Source: Mobula hypostoma (taxonomy: Eukaryota). From it: DNA of 64,000 nucleotides. The notes under the pieces were generated by a model. That model had not been told where the DNA came from, searched no databases, and saw only the letters and a program-made list of their open reading frames with translations. The DNA lies in contig NC_086097.1 of assembly GCF_963921235.1 (NCBI RefSeq), positions 123,568,001 to 123,632,000 on the forward strand. The letters are read 5' to 3'. The translations under genes and the position numbers were made by a program. This document shows positions 35,646 through 47,991 of the stretch, one piece after another (the stretch's first letter is position 1; the number at the start of each line of letters is the position of its first letter).

Positions 35646-37058
35646 CAAGGTAAAAGGCCTAGGGTTCGTCTCAAAACTTTGCAATTAGCCAAGGAAAAGT
35701 GGGGATGGAGCCTACCATCTTGTAGAGATTATTATTTTGCAGCACAGTTAAGAGCTGTGATATGCTGGTGCAACCCATCATATGGCACTCAATGGAAAAA
35801 CATTGAGGAGAAGATACTTTCCATCCCCATACAGGCAATTTCGGCTGATAACAACCCATAAGGTTACATAAATACTATTGATAACCCGTTGGTGAAATGG
35901 ACTCTTAAAATATGGAAAACTATTATAAAAGAATATAAACTAGAGAGAGACATTGCAATTCTTAAATGGTGTGCATATGACTCGGATTTTACACCGAATA
36001 AACTGGATGCTAGATTTAAGGACTGGACAGCTAAAGGAATAACAGCTATTTGCAATATAATGAAAGAAGGAACACTGTTCAGTTTTGAAACGCTCAAACA
36101 GAAACACTTATTAGAAAAACAAGACTTTTACCAGTATTTACAGATGCAACAGTATGTTAATAGGATGGTTAAAAATGTAACCAAGGCAAGCACGTGTCTG
36201 ATAGAGCTATTTAGAAAAGCATATAATTCAGACAACAGTAGTAAAATCATTTCAAGAGTGTATAAGGGTTTGTCAAATCTTAAAACACATTCAACTTCAT
36301 ACATTAAAACAAAATGGGAGAAGGAAGGAGGGATAATAATATCTGAGGAAGAATAGACAATAATATGGGGGTATCAATGGAAGTGTACCAGTTCACAGAA
36401 ATGGAGGGAGTTCGGGTGGAAAAACTTGATAAGATATTTTATTACACCCTCTCAGAAATCCCATTATGATAGTAATCCCCCTGTTTGCTGGAGAAATTGT
36501 AGAAATCAAAATGCAAACCATTATCAGATTTTCTGGGAATGCCCCGTTATCAAAGACTATTGGAGTGGGATACATAACGCCTACAAGACATCTTTAAATG
36601 TGAAATACCCTTAGACAGTAAGACCATATATTTTGGGTATATACCTCAAGAATGGTTGTAAAGAGATAAATATTTAATGAATGTACTGCTGGTGCCTGGT
36701 AAAAAGACCCTTACCAGGAAATGGTTATCACAGGAGAGCTCAACTTTAAATGTATGGAACAATTTATTCATACTGGAAAAAATGATTTAACTACATAGCA
36801 CCTCATAGGCCTGATTTTATTCTCACAAGTCAATGAATACGATGTAAAAAAAAAGATCACTGCCTACTCTGTACATAGTTTTCTTCTTTTGCTTGTTCTT
36901 TCTTTCCTCTCTTTTCTATAAATGTATACCTCAGATAAATATTATGTGGAGATTTGTAACAAATATGATTATATGATATATATGTACAGTATCTGAAATA
37001 CATCTTATGGAAATGTTTGTTTGATGATGAAATTCAATAAAAAATAAATTACAAAAAA
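35646..37058 (+). mobile_element. L1-clade LINE 3' 1.4 kb
   Basis: RVRLKTLQLAKEKWGWSLP..YYFAAQL; CWRNCRNQNANHYQIFWECP zinc-knuckle-like motif; aataaa and A tail; TSD aaggtaa[a/g]gatgg (35633-35645, 37059-37071). Confidence 0.9.
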
Positions 37059-37138
37059 AAGGTAAGGATGGAATACAAAAGTAAGCTAGCCAGTAATATT
37101 AAAGAGGGTACCAAAAGTTTCCTCAGATATATAAAATG

Positions 37139-37888
37139 TGCTACATGTCTACAGTTTCATTTTCCTGAGAGTCCGTAGTTTTGTTTACTGTGGGCGTCAT
37201 GTGTCCCCAGCTTCGTTTTACTGGGAGTCCACAGTTTCATTTCTGTGAGCACTACCTTATGACGTATGCCAATGGTATAAAAGAAATGTGGGCATAGTGC
37301 TGAGGAGGAGCCGAAGGAAAGAGAGGGAGAGCGCAGACTTCGAGCTATCTGGGAACAGCTCACGATCGAGAAGGGTAAAGTCTAATGCTTACCCATACCC
37401 AAAGGATTGGGTTAATCAGCGGCACACTGTGCATTGTGAAGACATGTCTGTCCTTCATATGATCCATGGGTGTGGATTTCATGACAATCACTTTGTGAAA
37501 TCACTGTTCGTGGGCTTCAGAACAGTATTCCTCAGCTGGGATCTTCGGTAACCGTTTCTTCGTTCGCCAGCCGTGGAATCTGTGGAATTCGTCGTGATCG
37601 CCTCGTCGCTGCATTGTGAATCCACAACTCTCCTCTCACCTATTTCGTGAATTACTGGGACTCTGAACTGCCACTTTAAGACTGTGCTTGAGTAAGATTT
37701 GTTAAGAACGGGTTCTAAGTTTGACTGTTTAGGGAGCTATTGATGCATAACACATAACTTCTGTTTAAGAAAGTAGTTTATTTAATTTTCTATATTTTGA
37801 GTAGATGTAAATAAATATAGTGGTTGTATTATTAAAACCCAACTCAATTTGTCATCTCTTGCTGCTGGTATGTTACGAAGTCGTAACA
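37139..37888 (+). mobile_element. Solo LTR (Gypsy-like, 750 bp)
   Basis: TG(c)TAC...GTAACA termini, 4-bp TSD aatg/agtg within the CR1, TATAAAA near 37276 and attaaa near 37831. Confidence 0.75.
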
Positions 37889-38939
37889 AGTGTAAAAGAG
37901 AGACTAAAGTGGATATCGGACTGCCGGAAAATGATGCTGGAGAGGTAGTAGTGAGGGACAAGGAAGCAGCGGAAAATCTGAATATATATTCAGCATCATT
38001 CTTCACTGTGGAAGACACTAGCAGTTTGGTAGAAGTTCCAGGTGTCAGGAGTCATGAAGAGTGTGAAATTACCATAACTAGAGAGAAGGTTCATGGGAAA
38101 GGTCTGAATGTAGATTAGTCACCTGGACCAGATGGTGTACATTCCAAAGCTGAAGAGATCATCGAGGAGTTAGTAACGATCTTTCAAGAATCACAAGATT
38201 CCTCAATGGTTGCAGAAGAATGGAAAATTTAAAATGTCATTCCACTCTTCAAGAAGGGAGAGAGGAAGAATAAAGGAAACTATGGGCCAGTTAGTCTGCC
38301 TTCAGTGGTTGGGAAGATGTTGGATTCGATTATTAAGGATGAGATCTCAGGGTACTTGGAGGCACATGTTAGTATGGTTTCCTCAATGGAAAATCTTGCC
38401 TGACAATTAAAAATAGAAGCTTAGTCCTACCCTGATTCAGAGGGACTTGTTCCCAAAAGGAAAATTCCTGTTCAACTCTGCAATGGTCTTAATATGTCAC
38501 AAAATGAAACCATTCTTTTCTTAGCCACACACCCAGTTATGTGTTCCTCTCTACAAACTGTTTATCCTGGTACCAATTTGCTCACAGCTTGTGCATAATG
38601 CTCTGAGGTTCAGTTAGGTTCTGGCTCTTCCAAACAATGTTTTTGTCTACTTTGATTTACTTGTTTTATCCCAAACTGGACCAATGACCGATGTTCTTGA
38701 ATACCAAAAAAATACAGTAGCTATAAATCTGAAACAAGGAATATGCTGGAGATGGCAGATCTATGGTACGAGGGAAATGTTACAACTCAAATACCCTTCA
38801 TCAGAACTAAATTTTACCTGTAAAGTTGACTTACTTTCTCCTTCAAAAGTATTCTTAGGAGCCAGTTTCGGTGAAATGCACCGAGGAATTCTCATTCTGA
38901 CTTTGAGCAGATGTTTTTTTCACTTGCTAAATTATTGAT

Positions 38940-39530
38940 TGCCTTGCAGCCACCTCATTATAGCCAGGAGAGGCAGTGGTGATAAGTTCCCACTACCTAT
39001 TAAGTGCTCCCAATGGCGTGTGTCTCAAATAGCCTCTGACAACCAACTCCAACTCCTGGTCTTCATGTGTGACTTAGCTACTAAGCCCTGCCGAACCATT
39101 TCTACTGACTGGAGAAGGGGCCAAGGTAGTTACTAGTGCCTTAAAACCAGTCGCTTGGAGCAGGTGGGGCTCGTCAGCCATGCTTGGCAGCTCATCTGGA
39201 GAAGGAAAACTCTGATCTCAAACTGCTGCTGCCTTGCGGCAATACTCACTCATGGGGAAGGCTTCGAGAGTAACCCTCGAGGGAAAAATTTGGAGCTGTA
39301 GTCCCTAAGGCAGTCCTATGTTGAGTTCAATGTTGACTGGCAACTCCTACGATGCTGCTGGTGCCAAACTGTATCAGTCTCTGTCATTCCTTTGGGTTCA
39401 TCAGCTGCGTGGAGACAGGGAGCTTGCTACATGGGCAACAGCTTGTCCTCCGTATTGTACTGCCCAGGCTTGCGAATCTAGATGGCTAGGACGCAATATC
39501 CATGGTCGACTCTGACCGACGGAGGCCTCA
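38940..39530 (+). mobile_element. Vingi-related non-autonomous element (second family)
   Basis: Shares ordered motifs with 6143-6535: ctgccttg.gg, gaaggct..g.agtaa.cc, ggca.ctcct, gctg.tgccaaa, cattcctttgg, gcccagg..tgcg, tatccat.gtc, gac.gacggag. Confidence 0.6.
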
Positions 39531-39750
39531 CCCTCACTCTATATATATATCTCATCAATCAAATTGCTGCTGTCAGCAAATCCTTGTGATTGATGCTTGT
39601 GGAAAGCAATCTTCAAATGTAATGCTGTAATGACAGGTTCAAGAAATGCAAGAGAAATGTCATCAGTTGAATCATTAACTTTTCTACCAAATAAATTAGA
39701 ATTGAATGAAATATCAAATTATAGATTTCCACCTTTTGATCTATAAACCC

Positions 39751-40118
39751 ATCATCATCACCATTATGTGTTAGGCCTTTATGATGTGGGTGATCATGAT
39801 TTTGACCATGATTGTTCTTGACAGATTTTTCTACAGAGGTGATTTGCCATTGCCTTCTTCTGGGCGGTGTCTTTACAAGGCAGGTGACCTCAGCCACTAT
39901 CAATACTCTTCAGAGATTGTCTGCCTGGCATCATTGGTCACATAACCAGGACTTGTGATGTGCGCCAACTGCTCATACAATCAGCCACCAGCTGCTCTCA
40001 TGGCCTCACATGACCCAGATCAGGTGCTACTCCTTGCCCAGGGGTGACCTGCAGGCTAGGGGAGGGAAGGAGCGCCTTACACCTCCTTTGGTAGAGACAT
40101 GTCTCTGCCCTGCCACCC
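39751..40118 (-). mobile_element. BovB/RTE-derived short non-autonomous element with (GAT)n tail
   Basis: gaaggcaatggcaaatcacctctgtagaaaaatctgtcaagaacaatcatgg (Bov-A-like motif, also present in the RTE leader at about 61330-61405); tail atcatcatc on plus. Confidence 0.7.
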
Positions 40119-42132
40119 ATGGACACGTAGCGTATTCATGCCTGAACCTAGACATTCTGATGCAAGTGTTTAAAGTCTTATTACTATGAGAAACGAGTTC
40201 TTGGCAACTGCACAATAACTTAAAACTATTACATTTACATAAGAGATAAAAATATTCATGAGGTTTTGTTAGGTGTTATTCTAACATTGTATCTAAATGA
40301 AAGCCAACAAAAGCAAATGCAACATGAAGTTACAATGTAATATCTGTCACATGTAGACTCTTTTCAATATTTCAAATAGAGTCTGTCTGGGTCAACCTTT
40401 TGGTATGGATGAGAATTGCTACCATCCCATCTGCTACCCTGTGTGATATCTCAGATTCTTGTGGAAAAGGAGATGGAGTTGTCAGTAGATATAAAACCAC
40501 CTGTAGTGCATCTCCTCCAAAGTCATATTTCACCATCAGTGATTGTACAAAGCTAGAGAGTTACAAGAATTTTCTCTGTTTCCTCGTCGTTATTATGTAA
40601 CAGATCCAGGAAGTGTAATTAGAAACAGATGCTTTAGTGTTCAGCCTTTAGCAAGTAGCCATATGGAACCTTGCAGTGCCAAGATAGCCTTATGCCAACG
40701 ATTACAACTCAGGACCCCTTTTGCTTCTAAAAGTTGAAATAAACAAATAAGTAACTTTCCTCTGTTAAATTATTTCTCTGAAGAAACATCTACTTTGCCA
40801 AGATATGTATAATGATGGACAGTGAGGAAATGGGAGTCAGCACAGAAAGCAATTTATATTCCCCCAAGCTAAATATTCTTCCAGAATAGCAATGTGACTT
40901 GGAAATATAGCTTGGAAACTCCACAGGATAGCTGCTTGATAATTATTTTATCAGATGCTAAAAAGGCAGCTCACAGATTTTTCTGCATTTGGGTGCATAA
41001 CAAAACTGGTGCAGATTAAACAAAAGATATATATTTACAAATACTACACTGTGAGATCCAGTCTCTCAGGCATTCATAATAAAGGCATCCTGCAAGACAG
41101 AAACAGTATTGATTAAGTATTCAAGCAACATACATCAAAGTTGCTGGTGAACTATCATTTGTTCATGGGCAAGAATTTAGATTGCATATGTAGTATACCA
41201 ACCACTGTATCCAAGGAAGTCTGCCTTTGTCCCAAAATGAATATTGGTGTGCTTTCTGAGACGCAAAGGCTTCTTCCTTTTCAATTTATGGTCACTAAAG
41301 CTTCAGTGGAAGTCTGATGATTTTTAGGTATTATTTTTCATTAAAAGTAGAATTGCTGGACTGGAAAGAGAATGAAGGCAGGAAAGTAAAAAATTGCAAG
41401 GGAAGGACAGGAAATAGAAATGAATAGAGGCAGTAAAACAGATTGGTATGGAGAACCCATTTCAAATTGTGGTATTTGTGGGGCAGAGTCAGATGTCAGA
41501 TAAAAGCTGTATCATTTGGAGATAAGAGGGTGAAATTCCTGAGAGAATTGACATACATACTTAAGACTGAAGTGCTGAGTTATACAGAAATAGACAGTTC
41601 TATGGTATGGGAACACCTGACAGAGAAGGGAGAATCAAGAGAACACCTGGAAGCATATACCTGCCAGAGTGGACCTGAGAGATTCTCAGTATAGTAGATA
41701 CTGACTATTTCATAGGTATTTTCTTATCACTGGAATGTGCTATATCTGTCTAGATTGTATAAGATGATACTACTTCTTTGTTCTTTGTTATTTGGGTTTT
41801 CTTTGTTCTTTATTATTGACTTTTCTTCATCCTTTGTTCTTATAGCACCTATTAAAACCAAGTTTTATGCCTCATTCTTGACTTCCAAAGAGCCTGTGGA
41901 TCACAACATCTCCAGATCCAACAAATCTAGAACTAAAGTGGCTAGGGCAAATCCGTGACCTCACACCTTCCTAGCTCACTAATTCCATAACCCTCTGACG
42001 TCTCTGCACTCCTCCAGTTCTAGCTCCTTCAGTATCTTCAACTTTAATCAAGCATCTATTGATAGCTATCCCTTCATCTACCCAGTGCTTAGCTCTAGAG
42101 TTCCCTTTTTAAACTTTTCTACGTCCTATAAG

Positions 42133-42367
42133 CACAAGAGATTCTGCTGGTGCCAGGAATCCAGAGCAATACTAACAAAATTTTGGAGGAACTCGGCAGG
42201 CCAGGCAATGTCAGTGGAGGGGAGTGAACAGTCAACTCTTCAGATCAAGACTCTTCATCAGAACTTGATAAAGGGCCTTGACCTGAAATGCTGACTGTTT
42301 ATTCCCCACCCCACCCATAGATGCAGCCTGACCTGCTGAGTTCCTCCGGCATTTTGTGTGTTTCTCT
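42133..42367. mobile_element. Palindromic Penelope pLTR-derived element with two back-to-back hammerhead remnants
   Basis: Arms acaaaattttggaggaactcggcaggccaggc / gcctgacctgctgagttcctccggcattttgt; centre cagtcaac..cttcatcagaac|ttgataaagggccttgacctgaaatgctgactg. Confidence 0.75.
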
Positions 42368-42907
42368 GTACCTCCTATGTTCATTATAACCTTTGGTTTT
42401 CACTAAATTTACTTCTTTCTTAAATGGCAGCAAAACAACTGTTGTTTTATAATGCACCTTTCAACATTTCATGTGTTTTGCCCAGGGCTCTATAGAAATG
42501 CAATTTTTCTGGATAACCGGGCCACTTAATTATCAAATGAAGTTAAATCTAATGCTTTTCACAATTCTCAATAGGTGCTTCTTGGCTAGTAATATTTAAG
42601 GTCATAAAAATATAACCCTAACTTGAAATATTCAAAAGGAATTCTGCATCTACATGAAAGCTCAAAGTTCTACCAATTTATTACATTCCACACTTGAGGA
42701 GGAATAAGAAAATGGAAAAATTCTAATTACACAGAATGTCACATTCATGTGTTGATAGTTGGCATAAAAAGACTGGAAAATGCGATTTGCAAATTGGATG
42801 CCTAGTGTACTCTTTATGCCATTGAGCTGCTAAAAGTGTTTTAACACGAAGTAATAAAACTCTTGTCTCCATCTGCTGCTCCTCCCTCTTTTCTTTCTTC
42901 CGTAACC

Positions 42908-44812
42908 TTAGACCATAAGACATCAGAGCATAATTAGGCCATTTGGCCCAACGAGTCTGCTCTGCCATTCCACCATGGCTGATCCCGGATCCCACTCAAC
43001 TACGTACACCTGCCTTCTCGCCATATCCTTTGATGTCCTGACTGATCAGGAAACAATCAGCTTCCACCTTAAATATGCCCACAGACTTGGCCTCCACCAC
43101 AGTCTGTGACAGAGCATTCCAAAGATTCACTACTGTCTGGCTAAAAAAAAATCCTCCTTACCTCTTTTCCAAAGGTTGCCCCTCAATTTTGAGGCTGTGC
43201 CTCTAGTTCTGGATACCCCACCACAGGAAACATCCTCTCCACATCAACGCTATCTAGTCCTTTCAACATTCTGTAAGTTTCAATGAGATCCCCCCTCAGT
43301 CTTCTAAATTCCAGTGAGTACAGGCCCAAAGCTGCCAAACACTCCTCATATGTTAACCCCTTCATTCCTGGAATCATCCTCGTGAATCTCTTCTGGACTC
43401 TCTCCAATGACAACACATCCTTTCTGAGATAAGGGGCCCAAAGCCGTTGACAATACTTCAAGTGTAGCCTGATTAGTGTCTTATAAAGGCTCAGCATTAT
43501 CTCCTTGCTTTTATGTTCTATTCCCCTTGAAATCACTGCAAACATTCCATTTGCCTTCTTTACCACAGACTCAACCTGTAAATTAATCTTCTGGAAGTCT
43601 TGCACGAGGACTCCTAAGTCCCTCTGCACCTCTGATATCTGAACCTTGTCCACATTTAGATAATAGTCTGCACTATTGTACCTTTTACAAAAATGCATAG
43701 TCATACATTCTGTATTCCATCTGTCACTTTCTTGCCCATTCTGCTAACCTGTCTAAATTCTGCTGCAATCGCAGTTTCCTCAGTACTACCTACCCCTTCA
43801 CCTATCTTCGTATCATCCGCAAAATTTGCCACAAAGCCATCAATTCCATTATCCAAATCATTGACAAACAATGTGAAAAGCAACGGTCCCAATACTGAGG
43901 AACAACACTGGTTGCAGCCAACCAATAAAGGCCCCTTTATTCCCACTCACTGCATCCTGCGTATCAGCTATTCCTCTATCCATGCCAGTATCTTTCCTGT
44001 AACGCCATAGGATTTTTATCTTGTTAAACAGCCTCATATGTGGCACCTTGTCAAAGGTCAAATGACATCCATTGCCTCTCCTTTGTCCACCCTACTTGTT
44101 ACTTCCTCAAAGAACTCCAACAGATTTGTCAGGCAAGATTTCCAGTTACAGAAACCATGCTGACTTTGACTTATTTTATCATTAGTCTCCAAGTACCCCA
44201 AAGCCTCTCCCTCAGTAATAGACTCCAACTCTTTCCCAACCACTGAGGTTAGGCTAACTGGCCTAAAATTTCCTTTCTTTTGCCTCCCCCCCTTCTTAAA
44301 GAGTGGAGTGATATTTGCAATCTTCCCATCCTCCAGGACCATACCAGGATTAAGTGATTCTTGAAAGATCATGGCCAATGCAGCCGGTATCTCTTCAGCA
44401 AACTCTGGGATATACTCCATCTGGTCCAGGTGACTTATCCACCTTAAGACCTTTGAGTTTTCCCAACACTTTTTCCTTTGTAAAAGCAATAGCACTCACT
44501 CCCGCTCCCTGACACTCACAGGCCTAGTGTCTTCCACAGTGAAGACTGATGCAAAGTACCCATTAAGCTCAAAGCCAGTTCTTTGTCCCCCATAACTACC
44601 TCACCAGCATCATTTTCCAGTGGTCCAATATCAACTCTCACCTCCCTTTTACACTTTATATAACAAAAAATAAAACATTATAAATCCTGCTTTATATTAT
44701 TAGCTAGTTTGCCCTCATATTTCATCTTTTCCCTTACTTGCATATTGTTGAATTTTAAAATCTCCCCAAATCATCCAACTTCCCACTCACTTTTGCTACC
44801 TTCTATTTCCTT
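42908..44812 (-). mobile_element. CR1 LINE, 5'-truncated, frameshifted ORF2
   Basis: NFRPVSLTSVVGK, QHGF, FADDTKIG, RLRGDLIETY; tail agaccataagac. Confidence 0.92.
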
Positions 44813-45595
44813 TGCATAAGACCATAAGATATAGGAGCAGAAGTAGGCCATTCAGCCCATCGAGTCTGCTCCACCATTCAATCATGGGCTGATCCAATTC
44901 TTCCAGTCATCTCCACTACTCTGCCTTCTCCCCAGACCCTTTAATGCCCTAGCTAATCAAGAACGTATCTATCTCTGCCTTAAATGCACCCAATGACTTG
45001 GCCTCCACAGCCGTTCGTGGCAACATATTCCACAGATTTAACACCCTCTGACTGAAGTAATTTCTCGGCATCTCTGTTCTAAATGGACATCCTCCAATCC
45101 TGAAGTCGTGCCCTCTTGTCCTAGAATCCCCTACCATGGGAAGTAACTTTGCCATATCTAATCTTTTCAGGCCTTTTAACATTTGGAATGTTTCTATGAG
45201 ATCCCCCCTCATTCTCCTGAACTCCAGGGAATACAGCCCAAGGACTGCCAGATGTTCCTCATATGATAACCCTTTCATTCCTGTAATCATTCTCGTGAAT
45301 CTTCTCTGAACCCTCTCCAATGTCAGTATATCCTTTCTAAAATCAGGAGCCAAAACTGAACACAATGCTCCAAGTCTGGTCTCATGAGTGCCTTATAGAG
45401 CCTCAACATCACATCCTTGCTCTTATATTCTATACCTCCAGAAACGAATGCCAGCATTGCATTCACCTTCTTCACCACAGACTCAACCTGGAGGTTAACA
45501 TTTAGGGTATCCTGCACAAGGACTCCCATGTCCCTTTGCATCTCTGGGTTTTGAATTCTTTCCCCATCTAAGTAATTTCTTCCACCAAAGTGCAT

Positions 45596-46109
45596 ACTGG
45601 CTTTGGAGGCAGTGCAGAGGAGGTTCATCAGGTTGATTCCAGGGATGATGGGGTTAACCTATGAGGAGAGATTGAGTCGCCTGGGACTATACTCTCTGGA
45701 ATTCAGAAGAATGAGAAGGGATCTTATAGAAATATACAAAATTTTGAAAGGGATAGATAAGATAGATGTAGGAAAGTTGTTTCTATTGGCAGGTGAGACT
45801 AGAACTAGGGGACATTGCCTCAAGATTCAGGGGAGAAGATTGAGGATGGAGGTGATGAGAAACTGTTTTTCCCAGAAAGTGGTGAATCTGTGGAATTCTC
45901 TGCCTAGGGAAGCAGTTGAGGCTTCTTCACTAAATATATTTAAGATACAGTTAGATAGGTTTTTACATAGTAAGGGAATTAAGGGTTATGGAGAAAAGGC
46001 AGGTAGATGGAGCTGAGTTTACGGACAGATCAGCCATGATCTTATTGAATGGCAGGGCAGGCTCGATGGGCCAGATGGCCTACTCCTGCTCCTATTTCTT
46101 ATGTTCTTA
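45596..46109 (+). mobile_element. Young CR1 3' end inserted antiparallel into another CR1
   Basis: Open 137-aa C-terminus; (ttcttatg) tail; TSD tgcat (45591-45595, 46110-46114). Confidence 0.9.
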
Positions 46110-47755
46110 TGCATGACCATACACTTTCCAACATTGTATTTCGTTTGCCACTTCTTTGCCCATTCACTTAAACTATCTAAGTCTTTCTGCAGGCTCTCTA
46201 TTTCCTCAACACTACCCACTCCCCCACCTATCTTTGTATCATCAGTAAATTTAGTCACAAATCTATTAATACCGTAGTCCAAATCGTTGATATACATCAT
46301 AAAAAGCAATAGTCCCAAAACCGACCCCTATGCAACTCCACTGGTAACCGGCAGCCAGCCAGAAAGGGATCCTTTTATTCCCACTCTCTCTTTTCTGCCG
46401 ATCAGCCAATGCTCCACCCATGCTAGGAACTCCCCTGTAATTCCATGGGATCTTATCTTGCTTAGCAGCCTTATGTGCAAGCACCTTGTCAAAGGCCTTC
46501 TGAAAATCCAAGTACACCACATCTACTGCATCTCCTTTGTCTACCCTGCTTGTAATTTCCTCAAAAAATGAGTTGGTTAGTCAGGCAGGAGTTTCCTTTC
46601 AGGAAACCATGCTGGCTTTGGTTTATCTTGTCATGTGACTCGAGGTATTCCATAATCTCATTCCTAACAATTGATTCCAACAACTTCCAAACCACTGATG
46701 TCAGGCTAACAGGTCTATAGTTTCCTTTCTGCTGCCTCCCACCCTTCTTAAATAGTGGAGAAACATTTACAATTTTCAAGTCATCCGGTGCAATGCCAGA
46801 ATCTATGGATTCTTGAAAGATCATTGTTAATGCCTCAGCAATCTCTCCAGCTCCTTCCTTCAGAACGCGAGGGTGCATTCCATCAGGTCCAGGAGATTTA
46901 TCCACCCTCAGACCATTAAGCTTCCTGAGCACCTTCTCAGTTGTATTTTTCACTGCACATACTTCACCTCCCTGACACTCTTGAATGTCCAGTATACTGC
47001 AGATGTCTTCCACTGTGAAGACTGGTACAAAATACGCACTCAGTTCCTCTGCCAACTCTGTGTCTCTCATTACAATATCTCCAGCGTCATTTTCTATCGG
47101 TCCTATAACTACCCTAAACTCTCTTTTATCCTTCAAGCTTTCAGTATCTTCTTTGATATTAGTCGCCAATTTCCTTCCAGAATTCATCTTTTCCTTCCTA
47201 ATGACTCTCTTAGTTTCCTTCTGCAAGTTTTTAAAAGCTTCCCAATCCTCTATCTTCCCACTAGCTTTTACTAGGACTGGACTCAGTGCCACCACCAACA
47301 GTACTGAAATGGAGTACTTATTCTCGAAGGGGACTCCCACAGGGGTGCTCTCCACTATCTGACTTATTCCTCTCCCTCTCCTGACAGTCCATCATTTACC
47401 TATCTCCTGTAGTCTTGAGGTGACTCCCTCCCAGTAGCTCCTGTCTGTCACCTCTTCCCTTTCCCTAACAATCCAAAGGTCAGAGCCCTGCAGCTCCAGT
47501 ATTTCAACACAGTCTGTAAGGAGCTGCATCTCGATGCACCTGGTGCCGGTGTGGCCATTGGAAAGGGTGGTATTCTCCTGGAAATCCCACTTCCGACTCC
47601 CAGAACAGAACACTGGCGCTGTGGACATATCCCTTATTCTCTCAAGAGTTAAATAAGAAAGAAGAAATCAGAAATAGGGAATGAACTTACCTGCAACACA
47701 CATAAAAAATTGCTGATGAACGCAGCAGACCAGGCAGCATCTATAGGAGGAGGTA

Positions 47756-47793
47756 CAGTCGACGTTTTGGGCGGAGACCCTTCGTCAGGACTA
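47756..47793 (-). ncRNA. Minimal type-I hammerhead motif, best-preserved copy (G12 to A)
   Basis: UAGUC-CUGACGA-A-GGGU-CUCC-GCCC-AAAA-CGUC-GACUG: stems I and II pair; only GAAA to AAAA departs from the core. Confidence 0.7.
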
Positions 47794-47991
47794 ACAGAAA
47801 GAGCTAGTAAGAGATTTGAAAGTGGGAGAGGGAGGGGGAGATCCGAAATGATAGGAGAAGACAGGAGGGGGAGGGATGAGCTAAGAGCTGGAAAATTGAT
47901 TGGCAAAAGGGATATGAGGCTGGAGAAGGGAAAGGATCATGGGACCAGGGACCTTGGGAGAAAGAAGCGGGGGGGACTCACAGGTGGGGCA

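Larger units (their letters stand above)
35335..38408 (+). mobile_element. CR1 ORF2 fragment interrupted by L1 and a solo LTR
   Basis: EDWETFKKQRKVTK...KLASNIKEGTKSFLRYI|CKRETKVDIGLPENDAGEVV...SPGPDG..NYGPVSL. Confidence 0.85.

Noticed and set aside
40380..40740. Cys-containing ORFs with possible splice acceptors
   Set aside because: No recognisable homology, no partner exons, and length within chance expectation
46561..47355. 264-aa novel fusion protein
   Set aside because: Chance in-frame join of CR1 ORF1 and ORF2 pieces at an internal deletion
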